From positions 160,001 to 224,000 of the forward strand of contig CBDCTK010000002.1 of assembly GCA_965222225.1 (NCBI GenBank): a stretch of 64,000 bases of DNA, written 5' to 3'. The DNA comes from Candidatus Poribacteria bacterium (GTDB lineage Bacteria > Poribacteria > WGA-4E > JAJDTR01). Below, piece after piece: positions 9,602 to 20,784 of the stretch; position 1 is the first letter of the stretch, and every line of letters starts with the position of its first letter. A program made the translations under genes and the position numbers. The notes beneath the pieces were generated by a model. The model searched no databases and was not told the origin of the DNA. It saw only the letters and a program-made list of their open reading frames with translations.

Positions 9602-12082
9602 TTATTTCAAAATCGCGATACGGCCAACGGCTTGTGTCTCATGACCGTTGGATATAGCATGAATCTTAGAAATATAAGTGCCATTGGCAAGCGGTTCCCC
9701 TTCCTCATCCCTGCCATCCCACATGACTTCGTTATATCCTCTCTTGGTCGGGGCGTTTTCAAGTCGACGTATCCGACGCCCGGAGGTTGTATAGATTGAG
9801 ATGAAGACCTCATCGGCATCCCGACTTAATTCATAGGTTAAGGTCGTTCGATTTCTTGAGGGATTGGGGTGGCTGTAAAGGGAACGAATTTCAATTGGAC
9901 GGCTTTTTTGTCCCGAATCGGCATCGTCAGATCGGATGAGAACACTCGCGTCAAAATTCGAGAGCCACGCAATTTCCTGCTCAATCTGCTCAATTACACT
10001 TGCTTCAAGCGTGTTGTTGGAATAGCCGAAAACCGGGACGAACGCCTCAATGGATTGAACAACCGGCAGCATCAATCTCGATAACTCAATCGCATTATCA
10101 AGCTTTGTGCGAATGTAATTTGCTGTCCCAATTTCATAACCGATGATTACCGCTTCAACCAGACGGGTACGGCTTTCAAAGAACAGTGACCATAGCCGCA
10201 TGAGATTGACCGTGTCACTAAGGTCGGCGGCTTCCTTCGGAGAAGCGGGAATGGCAATCTTTTGCGCCTTAGCTATTTCGTCAGCGGCGCTTTGTTGTTG
10301 ATCCAGTAAACTAGTATAACGCCCAGCTGCATAACGTGCTGCGTCAAGGTCGGGAATTGAGAGCATGTCTTCAACCGCGCGTCTCCCTATGATGTCCCAG
10401 AACCGCGTTGCATACCCCCTAGAGCCGTCACCATATTTCCCGGTGACAGACATTGAACCTGCATAATCGCCAAAATAGCTGGACAGGGTCCATGAATTTA
10501 TTCGTAGCGCTTTGAGAATCAGCCGGGCAGCATCTGAACCTATGCGAGTCGTCAGATCGTTTTCAAGCAATTTCACGTAATCTAGATCGACGTCCCAGTT
10601 TAATCTTGCGCTCAAAACACGATCCAAGCGACCAAATCCTTGATGTGCCCCCTGAATGGTAAATCCCCCTAACCCTAGGGCATCCGGGTTGTTTGCGAGT
10701 TGGCGTACACCCTCCACGAACATATCCCCTTCAAGCATCCACAGAGGCATGACTTCCTCAACATCATGCGAAAGTACGATGAAATGATGGCCCAATTCAC
10801 CAAATGTTTTCAGTCGGTCAGTCGAAACCTCGGCGTCCGGGACAGGTTCACCATCTATTCCCCATTTCTGTGAAAAGATTGTTCCCTTTGGCAATTGTCG
10901 CATATAGTGACGTTCCGGATCCTTGAGCCAACTTCTATCATAGCCGGAGATGTAAAACTTAAAATCTGGGCGAACTTCGCGAGCGGCATTGATTAGCGTA
11001 AAATAGATTTGCCAAAGAAGGTGCTGCCCGCGTTCTGAGCGGTCACCGCACTCGGGGCAATTGCAAGCTCGAGTCTCGTTGCCCCAAGACCGCAGATGAA
11101 ATCCGGTGAGCGTCGGATAGGTATAGACAATTTCCTGTACTAGATTGCGAACAAGATCGTGGACCTCGGGTTTGGACCAACAAAATGGAAGGTACGACAC
11201 TCTGTTTCGAGTTGTGCCATAAGCCACAGGCGGTCCAAACAAGTTGGGGTGTTCCTTGATGAGAGCCTCCGTAGACTCGCCGGTAACGTACATGAAAAGG
11301 TAGGAATCAATGCCCCTGCGATAGAGCGCATCAAACCGGTCTCTCATCGTCCGGATACGTTCTTGGCGCTGCGAACGTGGTTCATCCTGCCAGGCCTCAA
11401 ATTCATCGGAATCAATATATTTGAATGCCGTACCCAACCCATCGTCTATCCCGGTACCGGTCCAAATACCCTCAGCACCACTCATATTGATTCGATGCCT
11501 AGAGAGTTGGACAGGGTCTTCAGTTTCCAATACTGCTCTCACGGGATAGAAAGGACGCGATTTTTCGTCAAGATAGGGCAAACTCAGATTTCGTGAGGGA
11601 ATCACGAGGAAGTCAAGGTGAACTGGCGAAAGTCCCGTCAAAGATGAAATGCACGCTTCAACGAACGCATAGGCTCCGTGAATGACCCCTTTCTCGGTGT
11701 GTGCACCGATGACGACAATTATCCCCTCATTTAACTCAATCGTCTTTATCTTGTATCCTTCCGTTCCAAGATTCGCGTCTATTTCTACCGATAAAGCGTC
11801 GATCGTAGGATTTGACGTTGGCGTTCCAAGTACAACTACAGTTGGCGTCGAAGTCGATTCACGGTTGGTAACAATCGGCAGCTCGACCTGAGTGAAACTG
11901 TGGATAAAAGACTGAATCTCCTGGGCGGCAAATTGTTCTTGTTTCGATACGGCGGCGCCAATCTGGATAGTTGCCACCGCCTGACCGGACCGAACAATGG
12001 GAATGTTTTCCGCAATCGTTAACCTTGAGGAGATGCACAAAACAGTGAACGCAAAAATGAGCTGACGAACCGCACCTCTCAT
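9602..12082 (-). CDS. Secreted glycoside-hydrolase-like protein with C-terminal FlgD-Ig/T9SS-type-A-like domain
   Basis: Signal peptide; GH20/GH67-type N-terminal domain (EGYKI...GVIHGAY); C-terminal HPNPSRNRTTLTYEL...WDGRDEEGEPLANGTY. Confidence 0.65.
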   Translation of the reverse strand: MRGAVRQLIFAFTVLCISSRLTIAENIPIVRSGQAVATIQIGAAVSKQEQFAAQEIQSFIHSFTQVELPIVTNRESTSTPTVVVLGTPTSNPTIDALSVEIDANLGTEGYKIKTIELNEGIIVVIGAHTEKGVIHGAYAFVEACISSLTGLSPVHLDFLVIPSRNLSLPYLDEKSRPFYPVRAVLETEDPVQLSRHRINMSGAEGIWTGTGIDDGLGTAFKYIDSDEFEAWQDEPRSQRQERIRTMRDRFDALYRRGIDSYLFMYVTGESTEALIKEHPNLFGPPVAYGTTRNRVSYLPFCWSKPEVHDLVRNLVQEIVYTYPTLTGFHLRSWGNETRACNCPECGDRSERGQHLLWQIYFTLINAAREVRPDFKFYISGYDRSWLKDPERHYMRQLPKGTIFSQKWGIDGEPVPDAEVSTDRLKTFGELGHHFIVLSHDVEEVMPLWMLEGDMFVEGVRQLANNPDALGLGGFTIQGAHQGFGRLDRVLSARLNWDVDLDYVKLLENDLTTRIGSDAARLILKALRINSWTLSSYFGDYAGSMSVTGKYGDGSRGYATRFWDIIGRRAVEDMLSIPDLDAARYAAGRYTSLLDQQQSAADEIAKAQKIAIPASPKEAADLSDTVNLMRLWSLFFESRTRLVEAVIIGYEIGTANYIRTKLDNAIELSRLMLPVVQSIEAFVPVFGYSNNTLEASVIEQIEQEIAWLSNFDASVLIRSDDADSGQKSRPIEIRSLYSHPNPSRNRTTLTYELSRDADEVFISIYTTSGRRIRRLENAPTKRGYNEVMWDGRDEEGEPLANGTYISKIHAISNGHETQAVGRIAILK

Positions 12083-12698
12083 GGAATGAATTAGACCAAT
12101 CGTTGATATAGTGTCTCAAATAGAATACCTGAAAATCAAGCCCCGATTAGCGATAGCATAGCACGATTGGATGAGGAAAGGCAACGGAAAAAAAGAACAT
12201 AGAATACCGTCATGCTCGTTGCGTTGACCGTACTTTTGGATTGACATTGTGGGGCAAGCCGATATAATTGAGGTGGGTTCATTATTAGATGCGCCATTGG
12301 TTGATTGACAGGAATGAATAAGTACCATTGACGGTCAAAAGGGTAGAGAGGTAGGAAGGTTACCCGATAGGGACAACACATCTTGGCTATTTCGTAGGGC
12401 TTGTGCACTTAAGATTGATCCCGACTCGCTGTACCGCTGGGATACGACGTTTTGAGTGTTGATGTGTGTAATTCCTAGTCTTTGGATGGTCATAAATATA
12501 CATACGGCTCTAACCAGCAAAGTTGATGCTTTCCAAAGCTTAATGCTATTAGCAAGTTATGGTTTGCAAGTGTCATCCGTTTTGATTCCCTCCCTCGTCT
12601 TACAACTCTACCACCAAGGCGAGACATTCCAGTCAAGAATAAACCAGACGTTCATACTAGAGTATGAGCCCAATTTTCCATTAGCGAGGAGTCAGTAC

Positions 12699-13706
12699 AT
12701 GTCCAAAGTTCAGATTAGTATAATCGGTTGTGGTGGGATGTCCGGTAGCCACGCCCGCCGATTAAAAGTCCATTCAGATGTCCAGATTGTCAGCGTTTGC
12801 GATGTAAACACAGAAATCACCGGGCGTTACATTGAGAACAACCTCAAAGAAAGCGAGCCGCGTCCCAAGGAGTTTTATGATCTAGGACAGATGCTCAGCG
12901 AAACTAAACCGGGTGCAGTGGTTATCGTCACTCCACACGTACTGCACTTCGAACAAGGTATGCAGGCTCTCAACGCGGGATGCCATGTCTTGATGGAAAA
13001 GCCAATGGTTACGGCTGCCGATGATGCCTACGTGCTCGCTGAGAAAGTTGAGGAGACCGGGAAGGTATTTGTTGTTGGTTACAATACACCTTGTACAGCG
13101 AACTTCTACTACATACGCGAGTGCATCCGCAACCGCGTTTTCGGCAGATTAGAACTCGTAAACGGCTATCTTACGCAGAATTGGAAAGGCATAACCACGG
13201 GTACATGGCGGCAAGACGCAAAACTCGCCGGCGGTGGTCAAGCATACGACAGCGGCGCACACCTACTGAATAGCCTATGCTGGTCGGTTGAATCAAACGT
13301 CGCGGAGGTTCATGCTTTTTTAGATAATCAAGACAAACCCGTGGATGTCAATTCGTCCATTAATATCCGTTTTGAAAACGATGTTTTGGCGGGTATTATG
13401 ATTAGCGGCAACTGCCCAAGTCCAAGCGGATCCCACATGACATTTGTCTTTGAGAATGGACGAATAGAGGTCGATGGATGGAGCAGTTCATGGATTCGGG
13501 TGTGGGAGGGCACTGAACGTTTGGATCCACCACCGATTACCGAGGAGATGCACGCCGGTTCACCAGACGACAATTTGATCGATGCCATTTTAGGGCGCGC
13601 CGAGCCGCGTACAAATGCTCTGAACGGCATCATCCAGTGCGAGTTAATGGACGCTATCTATGAATCTGGACGAACCGGACAAATTGCACGTCCAAAGCGC
13701 CGTTAG
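12699..13706 (+). CDS. Gfo/Idh/MocA family oxidoreductase
   Basis: IIGCGGMS, EKPM and DSGAH motifs; start reassigned to ATG 12699 behind GAGGAG. Confidence 0.9.
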   Translation: MSKVQISIIGCGGMSGSHARRLKVHSDVQIVSVCDVNTEITGRYIENNLKESEPRPKEFYDLGQMLSETKPGAVVIVTPHVLHFEQGMQALNAGCHVLMEKPMVTAADDAYVLAEKVEETGKVFVVGYNTPCTANFYYIRECIRNRVFGRLELVNGYLTQNWKGITTGTWRQDAKLAGGGQAYDSGAHLLNSLCWSVESNVAEVHAFLDNQDKPVDVNSSINIRFENDVLAGIMISGNCPSPSGSHMTFVFENGRIEVDGWSSSWIRVWEGTERLDPPPITEEMHAGSPDDNLIDAILGRAEPRTNALNGIIQCELMDAIYESGRTGQIARPKRR

Positions 13707-14032
13707 GCGCAACGCATAGAGGAGTTCCTTCGTTCGGATAGTGAGATTCAACGACGGCTAGAGTCCCGGCGATATTCTGTTTCCGAAGAATCTCGCATGT
13801 TGTTTCAGCGTAATCCTCACGATTGAGAATTGAAAAGCTAACGTCCGTGGAACTCCGGCACGTGCGTCGTTGCTGAATGTACGAGTTTTTTTTGTTAAGT
13901 CCCCCGTTCTCGTGGTAAAATACGAGAATTAGGTTGTAAAATGAAATCTTCTCGACTGTCTGTGTTCGAGGGCGTCTTCGGTAGATGTTTACTTGAAGTC
14001 GTCACATACAATCTGAAAAAGGACATACAAAA

Positions 14033-14572
14033 ATGAAACATCAAGTTTTCACCATGGCGTCTTGGTGGTTTTTGGGGTTGCATCACTAACTGTGGTTGCA
14101 CAGCAGGTGGTTTTGGACGAGAACTTCGATAGCGTTCCCAATGGTGAGTTACCTGACGATTGGACGAATCTCTGAAGATTCGTGCCGGGACCATCGAGGG
14201 TATGCCGGTGATTTAGATTCAATGGCTCCCGTATTAAAGAATCCCAAAGATGGTGGAAACGTGCAAAAGTTTGAATTGCCGGAGGGAAGTTTTTCAAACG
14301 AATGGAAGTTCATTGTGATTAATCTGTCTCAGTATGCAATGAATGTAATTCACGCAAGGCCATTCAAAGTGTTAAAGGGAGGATGGACGGTTAACGCAAT
14401 CGCTTTTGATGCGGATAGTCCTTTCCCAAACGGCGGCGGGGCGCACTTTGACACGATATATTTTACGCAAACATTTGAAGAAGCCGAAGAGAATGAGCGG
14501 TTGGCGTTTGCAGTTTCCCCTCAGGACAAGATGACTACGACGTGGGGAACAATCAAGAAAGCCCGACATTGA
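14033..14572 (+). pseudogene. Disrupted secreted protein carrying the AVSP..K.TTTWG.IK C-terminal tail
   Basis: Signal peptide split across frames (MKHQVFTM / VLVVFGVASLTVVAQQVVLDENFD...WTNL*); 3' part in another frame ends AVSPQDKMTTTWGTIKKARH. Confidence 0.6.
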
Positions 14573-14753
14573 ATTTGCTACCGCGAAATACTTCCGAGAC
14601 GAACGACAGATTAGCTCTTTAAACTCGCATCAGATTCTAGTTTTGTTTACCTTATGGGGCGGCAGTCGGCGTGGATTTGGCAATTCGAGACAATTGAACT
14701 ATAAAGTAAGATATCGCGGCAACACCGAGTATTCGTACTGGCATGGATTTTTG

Positions 14754-15350
14754 ATGAGAATTGCCATCATGGGTGGGACATTTAACCCCATTCACTACGC
14801 ACATCTGTTGAGCGCGGAACAGGTATATGACCGGTTGGGCTTCGATACGATTCTCTTTATCCCGTCCGCACGCCCGCCGCATAAGGATCGCAGCGAGATT
14901 ATTGACTCAGAGCATCGCTATCAAATGGCACTCCTTGCAACATCGGATAATGTCCATTTCGAAGTGTCGCGAATAGAATTGGAGAGGATGGGCCCCTCAT
15001 ACGCCATTCAGACCGTAAAGGAACTACAAACGCTTTATGGGAGTGGCTGTGAGTTAGCGTGGATTATTGGTGCTGACTCCTTGATTGAATTCAAAATTTG
15101 GAAGAATTTTGACGAACTGCTGGACATTTGCCATTTCATAGCAACCACACGCCCAAATTACAATCTTGACAACGTACCCCCGACGCTACGCAACCGGGTT
15201 CAAATTTTTCCAATCACCGGGGTTGATATTTCCGCGACCGAAATACGCCAATACGTCAGAAAGGGGGTCTCAATTCGATACCTGGTGCCGGAAGTAGTAA
15301 GGCAGTATATCGACCAGCACAAACTGTATAAGGGAAGAATGGAAGAATGA
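14754..15350 (+). CDS. nadD: Nicotinate-nucleotide adenylyltransferase
   Basis: GGTFNPIHYAH, PPHK, IIGAD and ISATEIR motifs; start reassigned to ATG 14754. Confidence 0.95.
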   Translation: MRIAIMGGTFNPIHYAHLLSAEQVYDRLGFDTILFIPSARPPHKDRSEIIDSEHRYQMALLATSDNVHFEVSRIELERMGPSYAIQTVKELQTLYGSGCELAWIIGADSLIEFKIWKNFDELLDICHFIATTRPNYNLDNVPPTLRNRVQIFPITGVDISATEIRQYVRKGVSIRYLVPEVVRQYIDQHKLYKGRMEE

Positions 15351-15464
15351 CTCGTGATTCGCTAGAGCAAAAGCTAGGAGAAGGACTGGAAGGGAACACT
15401 GATGGAAGGATGAAAGATTCGAGAATTTATTCCAATCTGTCTTGGGGCTTTTAGAGACTGGTAA

Positions 15465-15530
15465 GATCTCTATCGATCAAATGAGCGAACAGATCAAGTG
15501 ACTGAATAGGGAACGCGATAGAGATCCTAA
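15465..15530 (-). repeat. Dispersed intergenic repeat, copy 1
   Basis: Reverse complement reads TTAGGATCTCTATCGCGTTCCCTATTCAGTCACTTGATCTGTTCGCTCATTTGATCG, closely matching 57756-57812. Confidence 0.7.
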
Positions 15531-15593
15531 TGAGATAGCAAATCCTGCTGCTTGTTCAGTCGCTTCATCGCAGCGCGCACCCTACTGGCTTGT

Positions 15594-15627
15594 GGAAGAA
15601 ACCGGGTTTTGAAGAAAACTCGGTTTT
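15594..15627. repeat. REP-like palindrome, copy 1
   Basis: GGAAGAAACCGGGTTTT-gaag-AAAACTCGGTTT; near-identical copy at 58034-58068. Confidence 0.7.
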
Positions 15628-15653
15628 CGGTGAAATGGGCGGGAGATATCACA

Positions 15654-15911
15654 TTGAAACATAAATGCAGCATCTGTGGACAATCTTTCAAGTTTGAATA
15701 TGAGACGGGTAAAGAACTCCCACGACATTTTCCGTTCTGTAGTTCACGGTGTAAAGCAATCGACTTGAATAAATGGCTTAACCAAGAATACCGGATAAGC
15801 ACCGAACTGGCTAACACGAAGTTCATGACCGAACAGGAGCGGGAAGTATTTGCACGGCTCTTAGTTGATACAGACGAAGTTGACGAATTGAGTGATGAAG
15901 ACGAAAGATGA
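15654..15911 (+). CDS. yacG: DNA gyrase inhibitor YacG-like zinc finger
   Basis: CSIC...FPFCSSRCKAIDLNKWL motif; probable TTG start at 15654. Confidence 0.85.
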   Translation: MKHKCSICGQSFKFEYETGKELPRHFPFCSSRCKAIDLNKWLNQEYRISTELANTKFMTEQEREVFARLLVDTDEVDELSDEDER

Positions 15912-16515
15912 CAACGCCAGCAGGGCGGAGCTACTCGCACATCCAAAGAGCGTTCAAATTGATGCGTACCTTGAAGCCAAGCTTGAGGATGAGCGTTACC
16001 GCCATGTCTTATCCGTGCGAGACATGGCTGTGAAGTTGGCGGTCAGATACGGCGCAGATTTGCAGAAGACGAACCTTGCGGCATTGCTGCATGATTGCGC
16101 AAGGTGGATGAGCACGCGTCAACTATTTGAAGCCGTCGCAGACTATGAAATTCAACTGGATGAGTTTGAACGAATTAGCGCGTCTCTGCTACACGCACTC
16201 GTCGGCGCTGAACTCGCAATTGATATTTTCTCCGTCGGGGATGAGGAAATCCTCAGTGCCGTTCGAAGCCATACTAAGGGAAGCAGGTCAATGACGTTAG
16301 TTGACAAGGTTTTGTTCGTGGCGGATTTCTCCGAGCCAAATCGAACATATCCGGAGGCGGGGGCGGTGCGCAAGATTGCCAACAAAGATCTCAATCAAGC
16401 CGTATTTGAGGTGGCACAGTTCAAAATCACCAATCTCCTAGACAAAGAGGTAGTGATTCATCCGGATACGGTCGTCACCTATAATAGCGCGCTGCGCGAA
16501 ATCAACAAGTCATGA
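15892..16515 (+). CDS. yqeK: HD-domain Ap4A hydrolase YqeK
   Basis: RYRH, LLHDCAR, LLH, HT and VADFSEP motifs; nadD-rsfS neighbourhood. Confidence 0.9.
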   Translation: MMKTKDDNASRAELLAHPKSVQIDAYLEAKLEDERYRHVLSVRDMAVKLAVRYGADLQKTNLAALLHDCARWMSTRQLFEAVADYEIQLDEFERISASLLHALVGAELAIDIFSVGDEEILSAVRSHTKGSRSMTLVDKVLFVADFSEPNRTYPEAGAVRKIANKDLNQAVFEVAQFKITNLLDKEVVIHPDTVVTYNSALREINKS

Positions 16516-17013
16516 TTGATATGTGAAGCACGAGGGAGGAAAGTCTTGGGAGAAAACACGACTATGGATATGGTGCAAGTTGCGGTAGGCGCTGCGGTGA
16601 GCCGACGCGCGCGTGATCCGGTGATCTTGGATCTGAGGGAGTTGGGATCTTTTACCGATTTCTTCGCGATTTGTAGTGGGACGTCTGACATCCAGGTTGA
16701 GGCGATATCCGATGCGGTCTTGGATGAGTTGGAAGAGAAATGGAATATGCGGCCTTGGCATCGCGAAGGCGTGCATCAGTCGGATTGGGTCTTGTTAGAC
16801 TATGTTGACTTTGTCGTGCACATTTTTCTTGATGAGCAACGGAAGCACTTCAATCTCGAACGACTTTGGATAGAAGCACCGACGATTGAGGTTCCCGACA
16901 TGAAAGCCGAAGAATACACGGAATTTGACGCATATGGTGACGACAACTTGGGTGTCCAAAAAAATGACGAAGATTCCGAGAAGATTCTTCGTGACAACGA
17001 GTCTGAAAATTGA
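16516..17013 (+). CDS. rsfS: Ribosome silencing factor
   Basis: TDFFAICSGTS, WVLLDYVDFVVHIF and NLERLW motifs. Confidence 0.93.
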   Translation: MICEARGRKVLGENTTMDMVQVAVGAAVSRRARDPVILDLRELGSFTDFFAICSGTSDIQVEAISDAVLDELEEKWNMRPWHREGVHQSDWVLLDYVDFVVHIFLDEQRKHFNLERLWIEAPTIEVPDMKAEEYTEFDAYGDDNLGVQKNDEDSEKILRDNESEN

Positions 17014-17246
17014 TATGATGCGCCCGAAATTTGCCAGATTGGGAAGATCAACCTCGCAAGTTAAAGATCTTGCGTCTATAGTTCGTAAACCTGCAATCAA
17101 GGCTTGTTACTCGGAGATATATTTCAATGAGGACAGCGCTAATGGCTTGTGGCGTTTCGCACTTTTTTCCCGGGAATGGTTTCTGCTTTGCAATTGGGTA
17201 TCTGCTGCTCTTCCTACCCGTCGCAGATGCCGACAATACACCTCCG

Positions 17247-18046
17247 GAGAGTATTGCCATATAGATAGATTTATGATATAATTCTTCTAACTAACCAGAA
17301 AGGTCAGGAAGGAGATATTATGTCAAACTGTAAGAACTGTCATAGTTCGGAAGTCACGAAAAACGGATTCGTTCGTTCCAAACAGCGATACCGTTGTAAA
17401 ACGTGCGGTTATAATTTCGTTGAGGGAGACGAGAGAACCAACCCTCAAACCACCATCAAGCGTGCTTTTGCAGTAATTCTTTACTCCCTTGCAAAAGCAT
17501 CTTATGGCACTATTGGCAACTTGTTTAATGTATCGCCAAGTACTGTTCAAAAATGGCTTGCAAAGGAAGCAGCCCTGTTGTCGGAGCCTGAGATTCCAAT
17601 CAATACCCGTGAATTGGAATTTGATGAGATGTGGCATTTTATCGGGTCAAAAAAAACAAAAGATGGATTCACAAAGCAGTTTCTCGTGAAACAAGCAAAA
17701 CCGTTGCCTGGGTTATCGGTGGTCGTGATGCTGATACCTTCAGACGGCTATTCGACAAAGTGAAACACTTAAGTGACTGCCAGTATTACACTGACAATTG
17801 GGAAGCGTTTGCCAAGGTACTTCCTGCGGAGCGTCATCACATCGGGAAATCAGGGACAGCAACAGTCGAACGTGATAACAGCAATACACGCCATCATCTT
17901 GGACGATTCACACGCCGCACCAAAATAGTATCCAAGAAACTTGAGATGGTGGACAATGCCATGAAGTTATGGACTGCTTTGACCGACCAAGAGGTCTTCC
18001 GTCGATATCAGGAGATTGCCTTATCTATCTTTGTGTGAACACTCTC
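17247..18046 (+). mobile_element. Complete IS1-family insertion sequence (800 bp)
   Basis: Terminal IRs GAGAGTATTGCCATATAGATAGAT (17247-17270) and 18023-18046 match at 19/24. 8-bp target duplication CACCTCCG at 17239-17246 and 18047-18054. Confidence 0.9.
17320..18038 (+). CDS. IS1 transposase (InsA-InsB fused by -1 programmed frameshift)
   Basis: InsA CKNC...QRYRCKTC zinc ribbon and HTH, then DEMW; A8C run at 17649-17657; -1 frame has TDNW and VERDNSNTRHHLGRFTRRT. Confidence 0.9.
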
Positions 18047-18403
18047 CACCTCCGTACAGCTACGCCGGTGAGAAACGGCGACAGCTGCATACACACGGCT
18101 GTGGAGCGGATGATGTTGGTACGCCTTCTTGGTGTCTGACCATAATCCGGTCATTGCGTGAAAAACCCCCCGACGCGCTGTATTCCCACGCCCGTAACAT
18201 TCCTTGATCTCGCCAACCTCAATAACGAACTCATTGACCAGACTGCCCTTGAGGCGCTTGATGGAGTGAGTTGCAGCGCAGGCTGTCACGTATGGCAGGC
18301 TGCGTCTTTCCCTACTGATTCCCTCTCTTCCCTAACTGTCAACTATCCCGTACTATTCATAGTTTGCGCCAACCTCCCCTTTGTCTCTCCGATTAGACTT
18401 TCA

Positions 18404-18460
18404 GAGCCTGTTTGAATAATCGGTGGCAAAGCCATTTTTGAGAATTTTGAGAAAGTTTTT
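18404..18460 (+). repeat. IS/MITE-end-like sequence related to 48976-49035
   Basis: GAGCCTGTTTGAA...GCAAAGCCATTTTTG shared with the 48976 element. Confidence 0.5.
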
Positions 18461-18493
18461 TCATGTTTTCATTGTTGGCTGCTACATACCTGT

Positions 18494-18531
18494 AGGTTCT
18501 CTATCGCACTCGCTATTCACTCGCTTGATTC
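18494..18531 (+). repeat. Dispersed intergenic repeat, copy 2
   Basis: GGTTCTCTATCGCACTCGCTATTCACTCGCTTGATTC. Confidence 0.65.
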
Positions 18532-18661
18532 CTACTATGAGCCAGAAAAAGGGGTATCTACGCGGTGTACGCCAAAACTTGGCGAAAAAGATTGTCTAAA
18601 TCCATAGCGATCGCCCCTAGAAATCAATGGACTAAACAGTTATAACCTAGGAGGGAGAAAA

Positions 18662-19375
18662 ATGCGATTCAAACTGACACCTAGATTTATGCTGTTTGCG
18701 GTGCTGTGCGTCTGTCTGACGAGTGAGGAACTGTGGTTGAGAAACGCACTCGCCTTAAACACAGGTCAAATTGTCTTTACATCAATGAGAGATGGCAACA
18801 CTGAAATCTATGTAATGGATGCCGATGGAGGAAACCAAGAAAACCTGACAAACCATCCAGCGCATGACGGTGAACCGGATTGGTCTCCTGACGGAACGAA
18901 GATTGCATTCGTTTCCGGTAGAGACGGCAGCCCATCTCAAATCCACGTAATGGACGCTGATGGAAAGAATCCGATTAGACTCACAGATGGACCTGGGGGG
19001 AAGAGGCATCCAGACTGGTCTCCCGATGGGCAAAAGATTGCGTTCTCCGTCGACGATTGGGAAGATCATATCGCCGTGATAGATGCCGATGGTAGAAATC
19101 GTGAGAAGCTTGAAGACCAGGCGATGTATCCATCATGGTCCCCGGATGGACAGGTGATCGCATATTATGTCTTGGACGGCAACTGGGTCGGGAATCTTCA
19201 CGGCACGATTCACTTGATGGCCTCCAATGGAAGATATATTAGGCAACTTAGCGATGGCGGTAATGCGCTCGATTTCGAGCCCGACATTAGCCCGCTAGGA
19301 TTAGCTGTGTCCCCCACTTCCAACAAAGTCACAATCTGGGGCAAGCTGAAGAAAGTCGAGCTTAACCGCCGATAG
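18662..19375 (+). CDS. Secreted TolB-like PD40 beta-propeller A1 (two repeats shorter than paralog A2)
   Basis: Signal peptide; repeated IYVMDADG...P.WSPDG.KIAF; tail AVSPTSNKVTIWGKLKK. Confidence 0.85.
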   Translation: MRFKLTPRFMLFAVLCVCLTSEELWLRNALALNTGQIVFTSMRDGNTEIYVMDADGGNQENLTNHPAHDGEPDWSPDGTKIAFVSGRDGSPSQIHVMDADGKNPIRLTDGPGGKRHPDWSPDGQKIAFSVDDWEDHIAVIDADGRNREKLEDQAMYPSWSPDGQVIAYYVLDGNWVGNLHGTIHLMASNGRYIRQLSDGGNALDFEPDISPLGLAVSPTSNKVTIWGKLKKVELNRR

Positions 19376-19924
19376 TTTGCGCGATTGCCTTTTGAACTAC
19401 GAATCCTGATAATGGGGGCAATGCGACGGGGCGGGTCATTGAAAACCTCGGCAGCGCCGAGGGTGTCACGTAATGGTTGGGAGGGCGTCTTAACATCATT
19501 CGTGCACCCGCTCAATACCGGCTACTTCACTGCCCACATTACCCGCAACTGGGGTAGACTTAAGAGCTTTTTTGAAAAGTCGTTTGATTTGGTTTCGTAT
19601 CAGGTAATTTGAATCGGTGTATACTTAATTCCTTAAAAAGTAGCGCTGGCATTTGGTTTGCTCGCTCCGATTGTGATTTACTCTACTGTGTTTGGAAGGG
19701 GGCGTTGTATTGTCCGAGAGACAATCCGCTCGTATCACGATCTCGGATAGGTACGGTTGCTTGCGCGAAATGACAGTGGAATACATCTGCCAACCCTATT
19801 TGTCTTAGATCTCGCTAGCAAGTGGATTTTTCTCTGTATGTACGAGTACCCGGTCTTACAAGTCATTGCCAAGATTTAGAGAATACTCTAGCAATGAAGA
19901 ACCCGAAAAAGGAGAATATGAACG

Positions 19925-20784
19925 GTGAATAAAATCAGCCCATTTTTGAGAAGATGCCTATTGCTACTACCATTGGCGTTAATGGTTGCGTCAGACAGCA
20001 CAGCGCAGGGATTCGAACAGAGAATCGTCTTTGAATCGAACCGCGATGGCGATTGGGACATTTACTCCATGGACGTGAACGGAAACAATCTCGTCCAACT
20101 CACCGACCACCCGGCACTTGATGGGTATCCAGCCTGCTCGCCTGATGGGAGAAGGATAGCGTTCGCATCAGAGCGTGGCGTTACACATGACCTGTATGTG
20201 ATGGACAGCGACGGCAAAAATGTGGTAAGACTCACCCGGGACAATTTTTTAGAAGGCCGCCCTAGTTGGACGCCAGATGGAAGCAAGATTGCGGTTGCCT
20301 CCTACCGTGATGGCGGCTTCAATACTCCCCATCATATTTTCGTGATGAATGCAGATGGAAAGGAAAGGCGCAATCTCACCGGCGACACCCACCTAACGCA
20401 CAATTGGGCTCCTACTTGGTCGCCAGACGGACGCAAGATTGCTTTCGACTCGCGGCGCCACTTCCCCCCCCCGCTGACTCGCGCGATGACATTTTCGTGA
20501 TGACCGCTGACGGGAAAGAGTTGGAGCAGCTTACGGAAGACGGTGCCAGCAGGTCACCAGTCTATTCGCCGGATGGTACAAAAATCGCCTATGTGTTGCA
20601 CCGCGGCAGAGATAATAATATTTATTTGATGGACACCAACGGGATGAACGCGGTCAAACTCACGAGAACTCCTCATGGCACTGATAACATATCTCCTTCC
20701 TGGCTGCCTGGCGCATTTGCAGTCACCCCAAACGAAAAGATGCCGATATCTTGGGGAGTTCTCAAACGTACCGGCAACCGGTGA
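19925..20784 (+). pseudogene. Secreted TolB-like PD40 beta-propeller B1, frameshifted in a C9 run
   Basis: ORFs 19925-20500 and 20404-20784 join at poly-C 20464-20472 to give a full paralog of 23587-24423. Could be a sequencing error. Confidence 0.8.

Noticed and set aside
12116-12520. Small ORFs between the GH-like gene and the Gfo/Idh gene
   Set aside because: No motifs or RBS; may be decayed sequence but cannot be assigned.
18055-18290. Decayed ABC-transporter ATPase interrupted by IS1 (VIEVGEIKECYG)
   Set aside because: Only a faint N-terminal resemblance; no Walker A motif recoverable.
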